This document shows positions 34,551 through 43,568 of a stretch of DNA of 64,000 nucleotides, one piece after another. Position 1 is the stretch's first letter. Every line of letters starts with the position of its first letter. A program made the position numbers and the translations under genes. This DNA comes from Candidatus Latescibacterota bacterium (GTDB lineage Bacteria > Latescibacterota > UBA2968 > UBA8231), in contig OZ241867.1 in the NCBI GenBank assembly GCA_965203175.1, positions 6,208,001 to 6,272,000 of the forward strand, in the 5' to 3' direction. The notes under the pieces are model-generated. The model made no database searches. It was not told where the DNA came from and worked only from the letters and a program-made list of their open reading frames with translations.

Positions 34551-36713
34551 ATGAAGCAGAAACAACATGAGCCTAAGAAAGTGGCGATTTTGGCCTTTGC
34601 CGTGCTGGGTGGGATTGCAGGGTTTTGCAGCCATGGGGCGGCCCAAGAAAATTGGTGGCGGCTCGGAGGAGAGGGCGGCGTTTCCTGGACGGAAGTAGCG
34701 GATTTCGGCCTGATGACGGACGACTCGACCGCCGCCGGGGCGCTCCAGCCTTTCGAACTCAAGCCGGACGAGAACCTCTTGCCTCGGTTGGGACCCTGGC
34801 AGCCCTTCAGGTTCACCTTCGACCCGGTTTACCACCCGGGTCATCCGCGTTTGTGGCTGGGACACGGCAACTTTCTATTGAAGAGCCGCGACGAGAACCT
34901 GGGGAATTATGGCATTTTGTACCAGGCCAACCTCCTCGTCTTCGTCGACGGCAATCCCGCCACCTACGTCGAGCGCAGGGACGAGGTCGCCGACCCGCGC
35001 AGCCGCCCACCATTGGGGTCGTCTTTCTATTACACGATAGATATGGGCGCGCAGGTGCCGGTGGAGCGCTTCGTGTTCTACCCTCCCGAGGGGATAAGCT
35101 CCGACAGCGACCAGCCCTTTCGTCCCAACTATGTCCTCAAATCATTCAGCCTGACAGCCCGCCAGGACGGGGGAGGTATAATGGAAGAGGAGATGAAGCA
35201 GGGCTTCAGATGGCGCGGGGCGGGCTTCTGCTGCCCGCTGGAAAATCAGCTGGCCTACCGCGAAGCCAACCGCGACAGCGTCACCGAGGTCCGCTTCCCG
35301 CTACAGAATTTGCGCTATTTGCGCCTGCTGGAAGTCCCCGACGGACTCACTTTGGACGGTCAGCCGATCGTCGTCCAGTCGGCTTATGCGGAGATGGAGG
35401 TCTACGGCCGGGGTTTTGCGCCTACGGCGACCTGGGAGTCGCAGATAGTGGACCTGGAGCGGGAGGTCAACTTCGGGCGAGTGGTCTTTCAGGTGAGCAA
35501 GTGGCGCAAGGACGGGGAGCAGTTGGTCGCCCTCGGGGACGGTCCGGTTCGCGTCCAAGTGGAGATCAGGACGGGTCGCGACGACACGCCGATGGCCTAC
35601 TTCGGCTTTGACGATCTGGGAGCCCACGTGGAGGTGACCCAGAAACAGTGGGAACGGCTGACTTCCTCCGTGCCGAGGGCGACCTTGATCAGTTCCATAT
35701 CTAGACTGGAGGCGCGCGGCGCCACGGTGCCGACGGTGGGATTCCGCGGTCCGGTAGTCGAGGATCTGAAAAACTGGAGTTCCTGGTCGGTGCCACTTGA
35801 GGAGTCGGGGCAGCACCCGCGCCTGCCGTGGGGGCGCTACTTTCAGCTGCGGGTGCAACTGGAGACGGATGCGTTCTTTGACTTTGCCCGGCTGGATTCG
35901 CTGCAGATCGAGATTGCGCCGCTGTTGGCGGATCGGGTCGTCGGCGAGGTGGTCCTAGAGGAAGATCACCAGCCGCAGGGCGGGCGAGTGCGCGTGCCAA
36001 CGGGCGAGAAAAAGTCCTTTGTATACGATATTGGCGTTGAATTTTCCAGCGCGGATCGCACCGGCTTCGACGTCGTGCGGATCATGACGCCGGCGGAAGC
36101 GGAGTTCGGCTGGCTGGAGATAGGTGAGCCCCTAAGCACCGTGGAACCGGACAGCATCGTGAACGAGGAAAGCGGTTTTGTTGTATTTTTGCCCCGCCGC
36201 CTGAGTCCAGAGGGCGATCAGCGGCTGCGCATTGGGCTGGAAACGGTGCTCTACGACGAGGCCGGCGAGTTCGGAGGGGAGGTCTTCAACCGCGGGGAAC
36301 AGAGCTTGTTGCAGCGGGTCGAAGGCGGTGATGTCAGCGAGGAGCTTGGTTCCAACCAGTTGGTGGTGGTGGCGGCGGCCTCCTCGGCAAGGGGAGTTCT
36401 GGGGGATCTCGAGGTGGGGAGCCACGCTTTTACCCCTCAGGGGGACGGCGTCAACGACCAGTTATCCATCCAGTATACCTTGTTCCGGGTGCAGCAGGCG
36501 TCCGCAGTAAAGGTCGGCATCTATGCCCTGGACGGACGGCGGGTATGGCAGGCGCAGCCAGAGGCTCAGGCCGCGGGGCGCCATACGGCCCGCTGGGACG
36601 GTCGGGATGGGGCCGGACAGCTAGTCGGCCCAGGCATCTATCTGACGCGGGTGGAAGTAGAGACGGATAAGGGCAGTGAGATCCGCCTGCAGCCCGTCGC
36701 TGTAGCATACTGA
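34551..36713 (+). CDS. Secreted protein with C-terminal FlgD Ig-like domain
   Basis: Signal peptide; FTPQGDGVND, IYALDGRRV, WDGRD--G-LV-PGIY; host-like high GC. Confidence 0.8.
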   Translation: MKQKQHEPKKVAILAFAVLGGIAGFCSHGAAQENWWRLGGEGGVSWTEVADFGLMTDDSTAAGALQPFELKPDENLLPRLGPWQPFRFTFDPVYHPGHPRLWLGHGNFLLKSRDENLGNYGILYQANLLVFVDGNPATYVERRDEVADPRSRPPLGSSFYYTIDMGAQVPVERFVFYPPEGISSDSDQPFRPNYVLKSFSLTARQDGGGIMEEEMKQGFRWRGAGFCCPLENQLAYREANRDSVTEVRFPLQNLRYLRLLEVPDGLTLDGQPIVVQSAYAEMEVYGRGFAPTATWESQIVDLEREVNFGRVVFQVSKWRKDGEQLVALGDGPVRVQVEIRTGRDDTPMAYFGFDDLGAHVEVTQKQWERLTSSVPRATLISSISRLEARGATVPTVGFRGPVVEDLKNWSSWSVPLEESGQHPRLPWGRYFQLRVQLETDAFFDFARLDSLQIEIAPLLADRVVGEVVLEEDHQPQGGRVRVPTGEKKSFVYDIGVEFSSADRTGFDVVRIMTPAEAEFGWLEIGEPLSTVEPDSIVNEESGFVVFLPRRLSPEGDQRLRIGLETVLYDEAGEFGGEVFNRGEQSLLQRVEGGDVSEELGSNQLVVVAAASSARGVLGDLEVGSHAFTPQGDGVNDQLSIQYTLFRVQQASAVKVGIYALDGRRVWQAQPEAQAAGRHTARWDGRDGAGQLVGPGIYLTRVEVETDKGSEIRLQPVAVAY

Positions 36714-36781
36714 ACGGGGAATATCAGACCAGTCACCCTCCCCTCGCCGACTTTCCTATTCCCGACAAAAACGACTGGGTT

Positions 36782-37612
36782 ATGAAAGCCATGATACTCG
36801 AAAACGATATGATAGCAAATCATCCATTTCCCCTGACAAGGCCCGATGTCACAATACTCGAGAGTTCTGAGAAGATAGACGAAATCGATTGCCCAGAGCT
36901 GCAGTGGTGGTTCGCCATCCCGAGACTGGGCGAACACTGCCTTTGGGCACTCTATGAGTCCGACACGTTGGAGTTAACCGGGGTAGTCGAGATTGTGTCC
37001 ACTGCTCCTGCAACGATCCAAGGCACCGACTGCGTCGAACTCCGATTGAGAGAATGGTCGGCTCGGGACGATTGGCCGATGGATTTTAACCCTGGGCTCA
37101 TGTACGCACTGCTGGACGAACAGCAGGCCAAATGGCTTTCCGTCGTCAAGACACTAGATGGAAGACGGGTTTTCGAAACCGTGGGTGACAAATGGTTTGA
37201 GCACAACTGGGGGGGAAGGATGAGGCGCCGAATCGTTGATGATGGTCGCTACCAACGCCAACCCGATGGCTCGTATAAAACTGCCAATGGTACAGGGCTG
37301 GGTGCAGGCACCTACGATGTAACGATCGGCGATAATACTTTCTGTTGTCTCCGTGTTTTGGACGCCATTCCCGGCCTTTCTACACCGAATGGCGGCGAAC
37401 TTGTGGAAGCTTTCATTGAACGCGGAGGGCGGACCGTTTTCTTTAGACGATACGATGGGAGGTTTTTCCGCGACCGGGACTTGGTCGTCAAGTATCCAGA
37501 CAATCGCCGAATCGTCATCAACGACACGGTGTATGTGCATCACGACTGCACCGGGCGAGCTCACGACACAATCACGCAATTTGCACTGCAACCTGCTTCA
37601 CAGGTTCAGTAA
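36782..37612 (+). CDS. Hypothetical protein
   Basis: 276 aa ORF co-oriented with the array; 3' end runs into an attC remnant. Confidence 0.7.
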   Translation: MKAMILENDMIANHPFPLTRPDVTILESSEKIDEIDCPELQWWFAIPRLGEHCLWALYESDTLELTGVVEIVSTAPATIQGTDCVELRLREWSARDDWPMDFNPGLMYALLDEQQAKWLSVVKTLDGRRVFETVGDKWFEHNWGGRMRRRIVDDGRYQRQPDGSYKTANGTGLGAGTYDVTIGDNTFCCLRVLDAIPGLSTPNGGELVEAFIERGGRTVFFRRYDGRFFRDRDLVVKYPDNRRIVINDTVYVHHDCTGRAHDTITQFALQPASQVQ

Positions 37613-37628
37613 CTGCAAGACGTTGGCC
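37588..37628 (+). repeat. Orphan right half of attC (site-3 type)
   Basis: GCAACCTGCTTCACAGGTTCAGTAACTGCAAGACGTTGGCC versus site 3 GCAACCTCCTTCGCAGGTTCAGTAACTGTAAAACGTTATCT. Confidence 0.8.
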
Positions 37629-37809
37629 GCAAGCACCCCGTAATGGACACTGCCCATTACGATAGAATTTCACACTACAAAAAACTTGACTGGGTTGCAT
37701 CTATCTCCTTGCTTGGCGTTAAAACGCCAGAAATTCCCGAGGATTCAAAGCTCCCCCGCCGCAGGTGCGGATATGAGTTCGCTGGACATCCAACCCCAAA
37801 GGAGTAGAA

Positions 37810-38823
37810 ATGACAGCAGAAGCAAGACCGGACGAGAGCACCCATGGAAAGGTAATGCATGCGGCTATTCAAAGCGGTGAGCGCGAGGCAATTGCGCGTT
37901 ACCGTAACGCGTTCCCGATTCTCGAGCCCTTCAGCGATGCGGCTATCCAAGAAGGTGCGACGCCACACAACTGTTCCATCGCCCTTGCCCGGGAACGTGG
38001 TTTTGAGGGTCCGTATCATCTTAATCGATGCTTTTCAGAGAACATCTCTGTCGCACCCCGCGAGACGTTTGCAGCGCTTAAAGAAGCGGTAAAGGCGTTG
38101 GATCTCAGCACGGCCGCCGAGATCCTCGATGCGTTTCCCTATCTCGCGAGGGCACGGGTCTACAACAAGGATCTTGGCGTCGAGCGTGGGGCGTCACTTC
38201 TCCATCTGGCGATGCCACGATGGGCAAAGGACGGCGGTGATCAGACGACCGACCAGCACATTGCGATGGCGTCACTCCTGATCGATCGCGGCACCCCAAT
38301 AAACACGATTGGGGATGGCGGCGAGACACCGCTCGGTTACGTCGGCTGGTTGGGCATGAAACGATTCGCCCGGTATCTGTTCGAACGCGGCGCAGACCCC
38401 ACCGTGACTACTGAGTGGGGTTTCGACGCGCTCGGCACCATCGCCGACCACGGTCACGTCGATCTCATGGAGATCTTCGCAGAGGCGGGCGTCTCGTTGA
38501 CGCCCAGGCATCTCGTTCAAGCGCAGATGACCGAACGCCTAGATGCGCTGGAGGACGCGGATCTACATGCGAGATGCGATATCGGCCATTTTGATGGCGA
38601 GCGGGGCACGTTGATGCACGTTGCGGCAAACGAGAACCTCCCGGCGATGATCGAGTACCTGCACAAGCGGGGCGTTTCGCTTGACGACCTGGACAACTTC
38701 GGTCGCTCACCAGCGCAGTTCGCCGTCGAACGAGGCAGGCTCGAAGCCCTACGCGCGTTAGCGGACTGTGGTGCGACGCTCGATGCCGAGGCAACCCAGT
38801 TCCTTGATGATCGACGGTCTTGA
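37810..38823 (+). CDS. Ankyrin repeat protein
   Basis: GASLLHLA, GETPLG, GADP, GTLMHVAA, GRSPAQFA. Confidence 0.85.
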   Translation: MTAEARPDESTHGKVMHAAIQSGEREAIARYRNAFPILEPFSDAAIQEGATPHNCSIALARERGFEGPYHLNRCFSENISVAPRETFAALKEAVKALDLSTAAEILDAFPYLARARVYNKDLGVERGASLLHLAMPRWAKDGGDQTTDQHIAMASLLIDRGTPINTIGDGGETPLGYVGWLGMKRFARYLFERGADPTVTTEWGFDALGTIADHGHVDLMEIFAEAGVSLTPRHLVQAQMTERLDALEDADLHARCDIGHFDGERGTLMHVAANENLPAMIEYLHKRGVSLDDLDNFGRSPAQFAVERGRLEALRALADCGATLDAEATQFLDDRRS

Positions 38824-38906
38824 GTTTGGTACAAGATTGACAATCGAAACTGCTCCCTAACCGGTGTGTCCGGCAACACCCGTGCAGCTTGAGCCGATAT
38901 GTAGTT

Positions 38907-41003
38907 ATGAACGCACTGAAACCAGCTAAGATCCAAGCCGCGCTCGAAGCCGTCGAAGCCGGTGACGCCAAGAGGCTCGAGCCACTTCTGAAAACGAACC
39001 CGGCACTCGTCCATCAGATCCTTGAGCACGACGACCACAGCGTAATGCTCAGGCCGACACTGTTGCACCGGACCAACGCCAAGGCCGATCGGGAGCGACG
39101 GCCCCGCAGAAGGAACAAGGGTGACCTGGACTGCGCCCAACTGCTCATCGACTACGGTGCCGACATCAACAGCCGGGTCCTGGACTCTCCGCCGCCACTG
39201 GAGATGGCAGCGTGGACGCGCCATCACGATCTCTTCGAGCTGCTGCTGGCCAACGGGGCCGACGTAGAATGCTACACCGAACTGCCCCCGATCGAGGCTG
39301 CGGTCGCCACGGCTTACGGCAGGGACATGTTCAAAAGCCTAGTGTCCACTGGCGCGCAGTACGACATCTCTCATACGCTTCGACTCGGACTGCTTCGGGA
39401 GACGCGGACACTCCTCGAGGCCGACCCTAGTCTCGCTAACATCGAGACGGACCACGGTCTCCCGCTCAATCTGGCGGTCAGCAAGCCGGGCAGCTACAAG
39501 CCAAGTCCGGGATTATTCAAGCTGCTGATCCGGTTTGGCGCCGACATCCACGCCGAGGATCGGTTCGGCCTGACGCCGCTGAAGGCAGCCCGCCTGCCCG
39601 GCAACGACAAAATCGTGCTGGCTTTACTCGACATGGGCGTAGAGGACGACATTTACGGCGCCCTCCTGGCGCGCGACGAGGATAGGGCCAGGGCAATCCT
39701 GCGGGCTGATCCCTCACAGGCACACCCGGTCGCCACTTGGCCCGATCGGGGGCCAACGCCCCCCATCGTCTGGGCGGTCTGGTCCGGCTCGACGCGCCTC
39801 GTGGAGATGATTCTCGAGCACGATGTCGTCCTGAACTTGTCGGGGAATCCGCTCGGGATCGCCATCGAATACGGTTACGACGAGATCGTCCGTCTCCTGC
39901 TCGATCACGGCGCTTCGCCCGAATGCGTCGACTGCAGCGGCTGGGCGGGCGTTCGCACCGGCAAGTTCTGGGACCGGGTCCCGGGGGGCGGTCCTGCACC
40001 CGATGACGATCCGCCGGTCTCCGTGCCGCTCTACACGGCGCTACGCAACGGCACGACCGCCGCCGTGGAGATGCTGCTGGAGGCGGGCGCCGATCCGAAC
40101 TCCACGCTGACCATGTGGTCGGGCCTGCAATGGCCGGCGCGCTCCGGCGACCTGGACAGGGTCCGGTTGCTGCTGAAGCGGGGAGGAAATCCGGCGAGCC
40201 ACTGCGCTCGGCGGGCGCTTCGACTCGCCACTCGACTCAGCCAGGGAGCTATGGTGGAGCTGCTCGTCACGCATGGTGTCGACGTCGAGGCGGCGACGGA
40301 CTCGGAACTCGACGAGGAGAAGATCCAGCGGACAGCGAACGAGTCGACGCGTGGCCTCCTGGAGGAGCTCCGCGGGATCCTCGGTCTACCCAAGCGGGAA
40401 CGCGCCCGCATCCTGCGGCTGCGGGCACAGCTCATCAATGCGGTCATCGACGGAGACGCGCGAAGCCTGCGCGACGTGCAACAGCAGGCACCTGAGCTCC
40501 TTGAGCGACCTATGGTCAAGCACGACCTGCTGCGCCACGCCGCCATGGCGGGTCACGGCGACATCGTCGACGTCCTGGTCGAGCACGGGGCGCCCATGAC
40601 GATCCAGACCGCCTCGGCCCTCGGACGCCTCGATCTCGTCGCATCGATGCTCGACTCAGACCCGACACTCGCCAACGACGACCCGCCGGCACTCAAGATC
40701 GCCGCGCAAAAAAACCACCGGGCCGTCGCTGAGCTGCTTCTAGACAGAGGTGCGGACATCGACCGAGTGTCGAGTAACTATCAGCCTACTGCCCTTCATG
40801 TGGCGGTCCGCAGTCGTTCGATCGATGTGCTCAAACTGCTTCTGTCGCGGGGTGCGGACGTGACCATCCGCGAGACGGGCGACCACCACCACACGCCGCT
40901 TGGCGTGAACTGGCCCCTCACGGTACCGGAGGGCGAAGAGATTCGCGATCTTCTGATCGCGCATGGGGCGAAACCCGAGGAGCAGCACTCCTATGACGCT
41001 TGA
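38907..41003 (+). CDS. Large ankyrin repeat protein
   Basis: Many LL--GAD and TPL/TALH repeats over about 700 aa. Confidence 0.88.
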   Translation: MNALKPAKIQAALEAVEAGDAKRLEPLLKTNPALVHQILEHDDHSVMLRPTLLHRTNAKADRERRPRRRNKGDLDCAQLLIDYGADINSRVLDSPPPLEMAAWTRHHDLFELLLANGADVECYTELPPIEAAVATAYGRDMFKSLVSTGAQYDISHTLRLGLLRETRTLLEADPSLANIETDHGLPLNLAVSKPGSYKPSPGLFKLLIRFGADIHAEDRFGLTPLKAARLPGNDKIVLALLDMGVEDDIYGALLARDEDRARAILRADPSQAHPVATWPDRGPTPPIVWAVWSGSTRLVEMILEHDVVLNLSGNPLGIAIEYGYDEIVRLLLDHGASPECVDCSGWAGVRTGKFWDRVPGGGPAPDDDPPVSVPLYTALRNGTTAAVEMLLEAGADPNSTLTMWSGLQWPARSGDLDRVRLLLKRGGNPASHCARRALRLATRLSQGAMVELLVTHGVDVEAATDSELDEEKIQRTANESTRGLLEELRGILGLPKRERARILRLRAQLINAVIDGDARSLRDVQQQAPELLERPMVKHDLLRHAAMAGHGDIVDVLVEHGAPMTIQTASALGRLDLVASMLDSDPTLANDDPPALKIAAQKNHRAVAELLLDRGADIDRVSSNYQPTALHVAVRSRSIDVLKLLLSRGADVTIRETGDHHHTPLGVNWPLTVPEGEEIRDLLIAHGAKPEEQHSYDA

Positions 41004-41007
41004 TGGA

Positions 41008-41066
41008 TGGATCTGTGGCTTCCCCTCCGCTTCGCTCCGGGCTCACAAACCGGCGAACCGTTAGCA
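41008..41066 (+). repeat. Partial attC (R'' lost)
   Basis: GGATCTGTG ... CTCCGCTTCGCTCCG (as in site 1) ... CACAAACC ggcgaacc GTTAGCA. Confidence 0.65.
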
Positions 41067-41100
41067 GACATAAATAACGGCTATAAAAGGAACAAAGACG

Positions 41101-41781
41101 ATGAGTACGCCGCCGGACGACCACGGATAGGGCCCTGAAGTTAAGCCTCGCTCAGGACACAGCGGCCGCCCCCGTATCGACAAGATCCTGAAAGAGGCAC
41201 GACGCGGAGATTTAGAGTCCGTTAAACGACACCTGAACCAGGATCCGACGCTGCTGCTGGCCAAGAGTGGCGGGCACAACAGGACGTTTCTGTGGGAAGC
41301 AACACGCGGCAATCGGGTTGAAGTCGTGCAGTTTTTATTACAAGCGGGAGCCGATCCCAATGTCCCGGGGCGGACCCGGTCGGAGATACCGGTGCTCCTA
41401 AAGCCCTACTGTATTGCACGACGCTATCGCCGATTAGAAATTGCCGAGCTGTTAGTAAAAGCAGGTTCCGTACTGGATATCTACTCGGCGTGCTTTCTGG
41501 GTGACACTGACTGCGTGCAACATAGCCTTAAGAGTGAGCCATGCTTGTTGACCAAGGAACAGGAAGACGACTCCGTCTGGCGTGTGACCCCCTTACACTA
41601 CGCCGTGGCGGGAGGCCACGAGCAACTCGCCCGATGGCTGATCAGGGAAGGCGCACTAGTGAAGCCCTATACCCGGCTGTTATGTAATACGGCCGTGCGA
41701 ATGAAACACGCGGACCTGATACCCGTGCTGGTACAGGGGGGTGCGGACCGAGATTTGGTCAAAAGCTGGGGCAAGATTTGA
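41101..41781 (+). pseudogene. Ankyrin repeat gene interrupted by in-frame TAG at codon 10
   Basis: ATG 41101 after AAGGAA; TAG 41128-41130; frame continues as ankyrin (ARRGDLESVK...RTFLWEATRGNRVEVVQFLLQAGADPN). Confidence 0.7.
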
Positions 41782-41858
41782 CGCAGTTCCTACCCCAGCA
41801 ATCCATTTACAGTGCATACTGGACAGCTTGTAGAACTCTCCTCATGGGAAGAGTCGCC

Positions 41859-42665
41859 ATGTCTGAAGAAGATATCAAACAGCTATCCTCAATGATCGAG
41901 GCGAGAAGGAAAAACGACACTAATTCAAGCTTTTTTTATCACGCATGGGTAGTGCCAGAATACAAGTGCCTGTGCATGACGATACCAAAGGTAGCCTGTA
42001 CGACGGTCAAGACCGTGCTTTATCACTTAGCAGGAAATCCCGTTCCGACGGATGGGAGCGATATACACGATCACGATATCGGGATGTTTTTAGGTCAGTA
42101 CAGCGTTGCTGATATCGTAGAGATCATCTCGTCGCCTGATTGGGTAAGATTCTGTTTTGTGCGCAATCCGTATCATCGGTTGTTTTCGGCTTACAAGTCG
42201 AAGATTGGAAACACGTGGGATACCCAATATGATTGGCTACGAGATGCGATACGAAAGAAGTATGACTACCCCATCCGGGACGGACGTCGGTCAGGTATGG
42301 TAGCCTTCGCTGATTTCGTTCGGTTTCTAGTGGATTCAGATGCAAACGTGCGTTACGAGCTACATCCAGATGCTGTTTTTGACGGTCACTACAATGTTCA
42401 GTCCCGCATTCTGATGCAAGACTTGATTCCGTACGACTTTGTCGGCCGCTTTGAAAAGCTGGAAGGTGGATTACGACAGATCTTGACACACCTAGGTGCA
42501 CCCGAGGAAACCATCGCGCTTTCCTCTGAAGTTCGCAACCCAACGATCAAAGTACCACTTGCTACGGCCTATAGTAGTGAGTTAGCAGATCTTGCCTATG
42601 AACTCTACAGAGAAGACTTCGAGGCTTTTAGCTATGATAGGGATAGCTGGCTGTTTGATTCATGA
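41859..42665 (+). CDS. Sulfotransferase family 2 protein
   Basis: IPKVACTT, FVRNPY-RL-SAY, YDFVGRFE, Y--DFEAF-Y. Confidence 0.88.
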   Translation: MSEEDIKQLSSMIEARRKNDTNSSFFYHAWVVPEYKCLCMTIPKVACTTVKTVLYHLAGNPVPTDGSDIHDHDIGMFLGQYSVADIVEIISSPDWVRFCFVRNPYHRLFSAYKSKIGNTWDTQYDWLRDAIRKKYDYPIRDGRRSGMVAFADFVRFLVDSDANVRYELHPDAVFDGHYNVQSRILMQDLIPYDFVGRFEKLEGGLRQILTHLGAPEETIALSSEVRNPTIKVPLATAYSSELADLAYELYREDFEAFSYDRDSWLFDS

Positions 42666-42733
42666 AGCCATACAACTGACGAACAGCAGGAGAATCGGAT
42701 TCTGACTTCTTGCGTGGATCAGAGCGCAACGCC

Positions 42734-42820
42734 ACATAACAGCAGCACTTGTGGCCTGGGGCCGACGCCCTTCGACCGAACTTGCCTCCGGCAAATTCAC
42801 AAGTGCGCGACCCGTTATAT
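42734..42820 (+). repeat. attC-like site 11 (close relative of site 2)
   Basis: ACATAAC agca GCACTTGTG ... CACAAGTGC gcgaccc GTTATAT. Confidence 0.85.
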
Positions 42821-42857
42821 GCAATTATTTTGGTAATCCTATATAGCGAGACTCGAA

Positions 42858-43469
42858 ATGATCTGTTCAAATTGCGGTTATTCATCGCGCCACCAAGAGA
42901 TTGTTGGAGAGAATTCCACAGTAGTCTGCCCCTCATGCAAGCTAGAGAATGGGGTATTTCACCTCCCTCTCTTTGTAGTGACAGGAGGCGGTGGATCTGG
43001 AAAATCCACCGTGGCGTGTGGGCTGAGAGGTCGGCTTGATACGTGTTTGGTGCTTGAAGCAGATCTTTTCTACCCAATTCAAGAGAGCACCAAGTCCAAT
43101 GATGACTATTGGAGCTACTTGATCTTTCTCTGCCGAGAGCTCATGCAGAACGGAAAGCCGGTGGTTCTTTTTGGCTGGGTGAATCCACGGCAGTGCGAAG
43201 CAAGTGAAGACATCGGCTACTTTTCATCTGTACACTACTTGGTGCTCGTCTCTGACAAGCACACACAAGAGGCTCGAATTCGAGGTCGATATCCCACATC
43301 AAGAGAGGAACCTCCAACAGACGAATTCATCGCGATGGCACTAGAGGCTACTCAAATCCTGAGAGATGAGGCTGACGAGAGGAGCCGAGTGACTATATTG
43401 GATACTACCGGTATGAGCGTCGATGACACGCTGGCAGAGACCGCTTCTTGGATCTCAGCCAGCCTCTAA
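42858..43469 (+). CDS. P-loop kinase (AAA family) with N-terminal zinc ribbon
   Basis: CxxC...CxxC, then VTGGGGSGKST, LDTTGMS. Confidence 0.75.
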   Translation: MICSNCGYSSRHQEIVGENSTVVCPSCKLENGVFHLPLFVVTGGGGSGKSTVACGLRGRLDTCLVLEADLFYPIQESTKSNDDYWSYLIFLCRELMQNGKPVVLFGWVNPRQCEASEDIGYFSSVHYLVLVSDKHTQEARIRGRYPTSREEPPTDEFIAMALEATQILRDEADERSRVTILDTTGMSVDDTLAETASWISASL

Positions 43470-43568
43470 TCTGCGCAAATTCCTTTCATTCTGGATATAT
43501 CGCGTTTCCGCTATTCAATTATTGATTGGATTAGCGACAAGGTGACGTCTGAATTGGAACTCCCCTAG

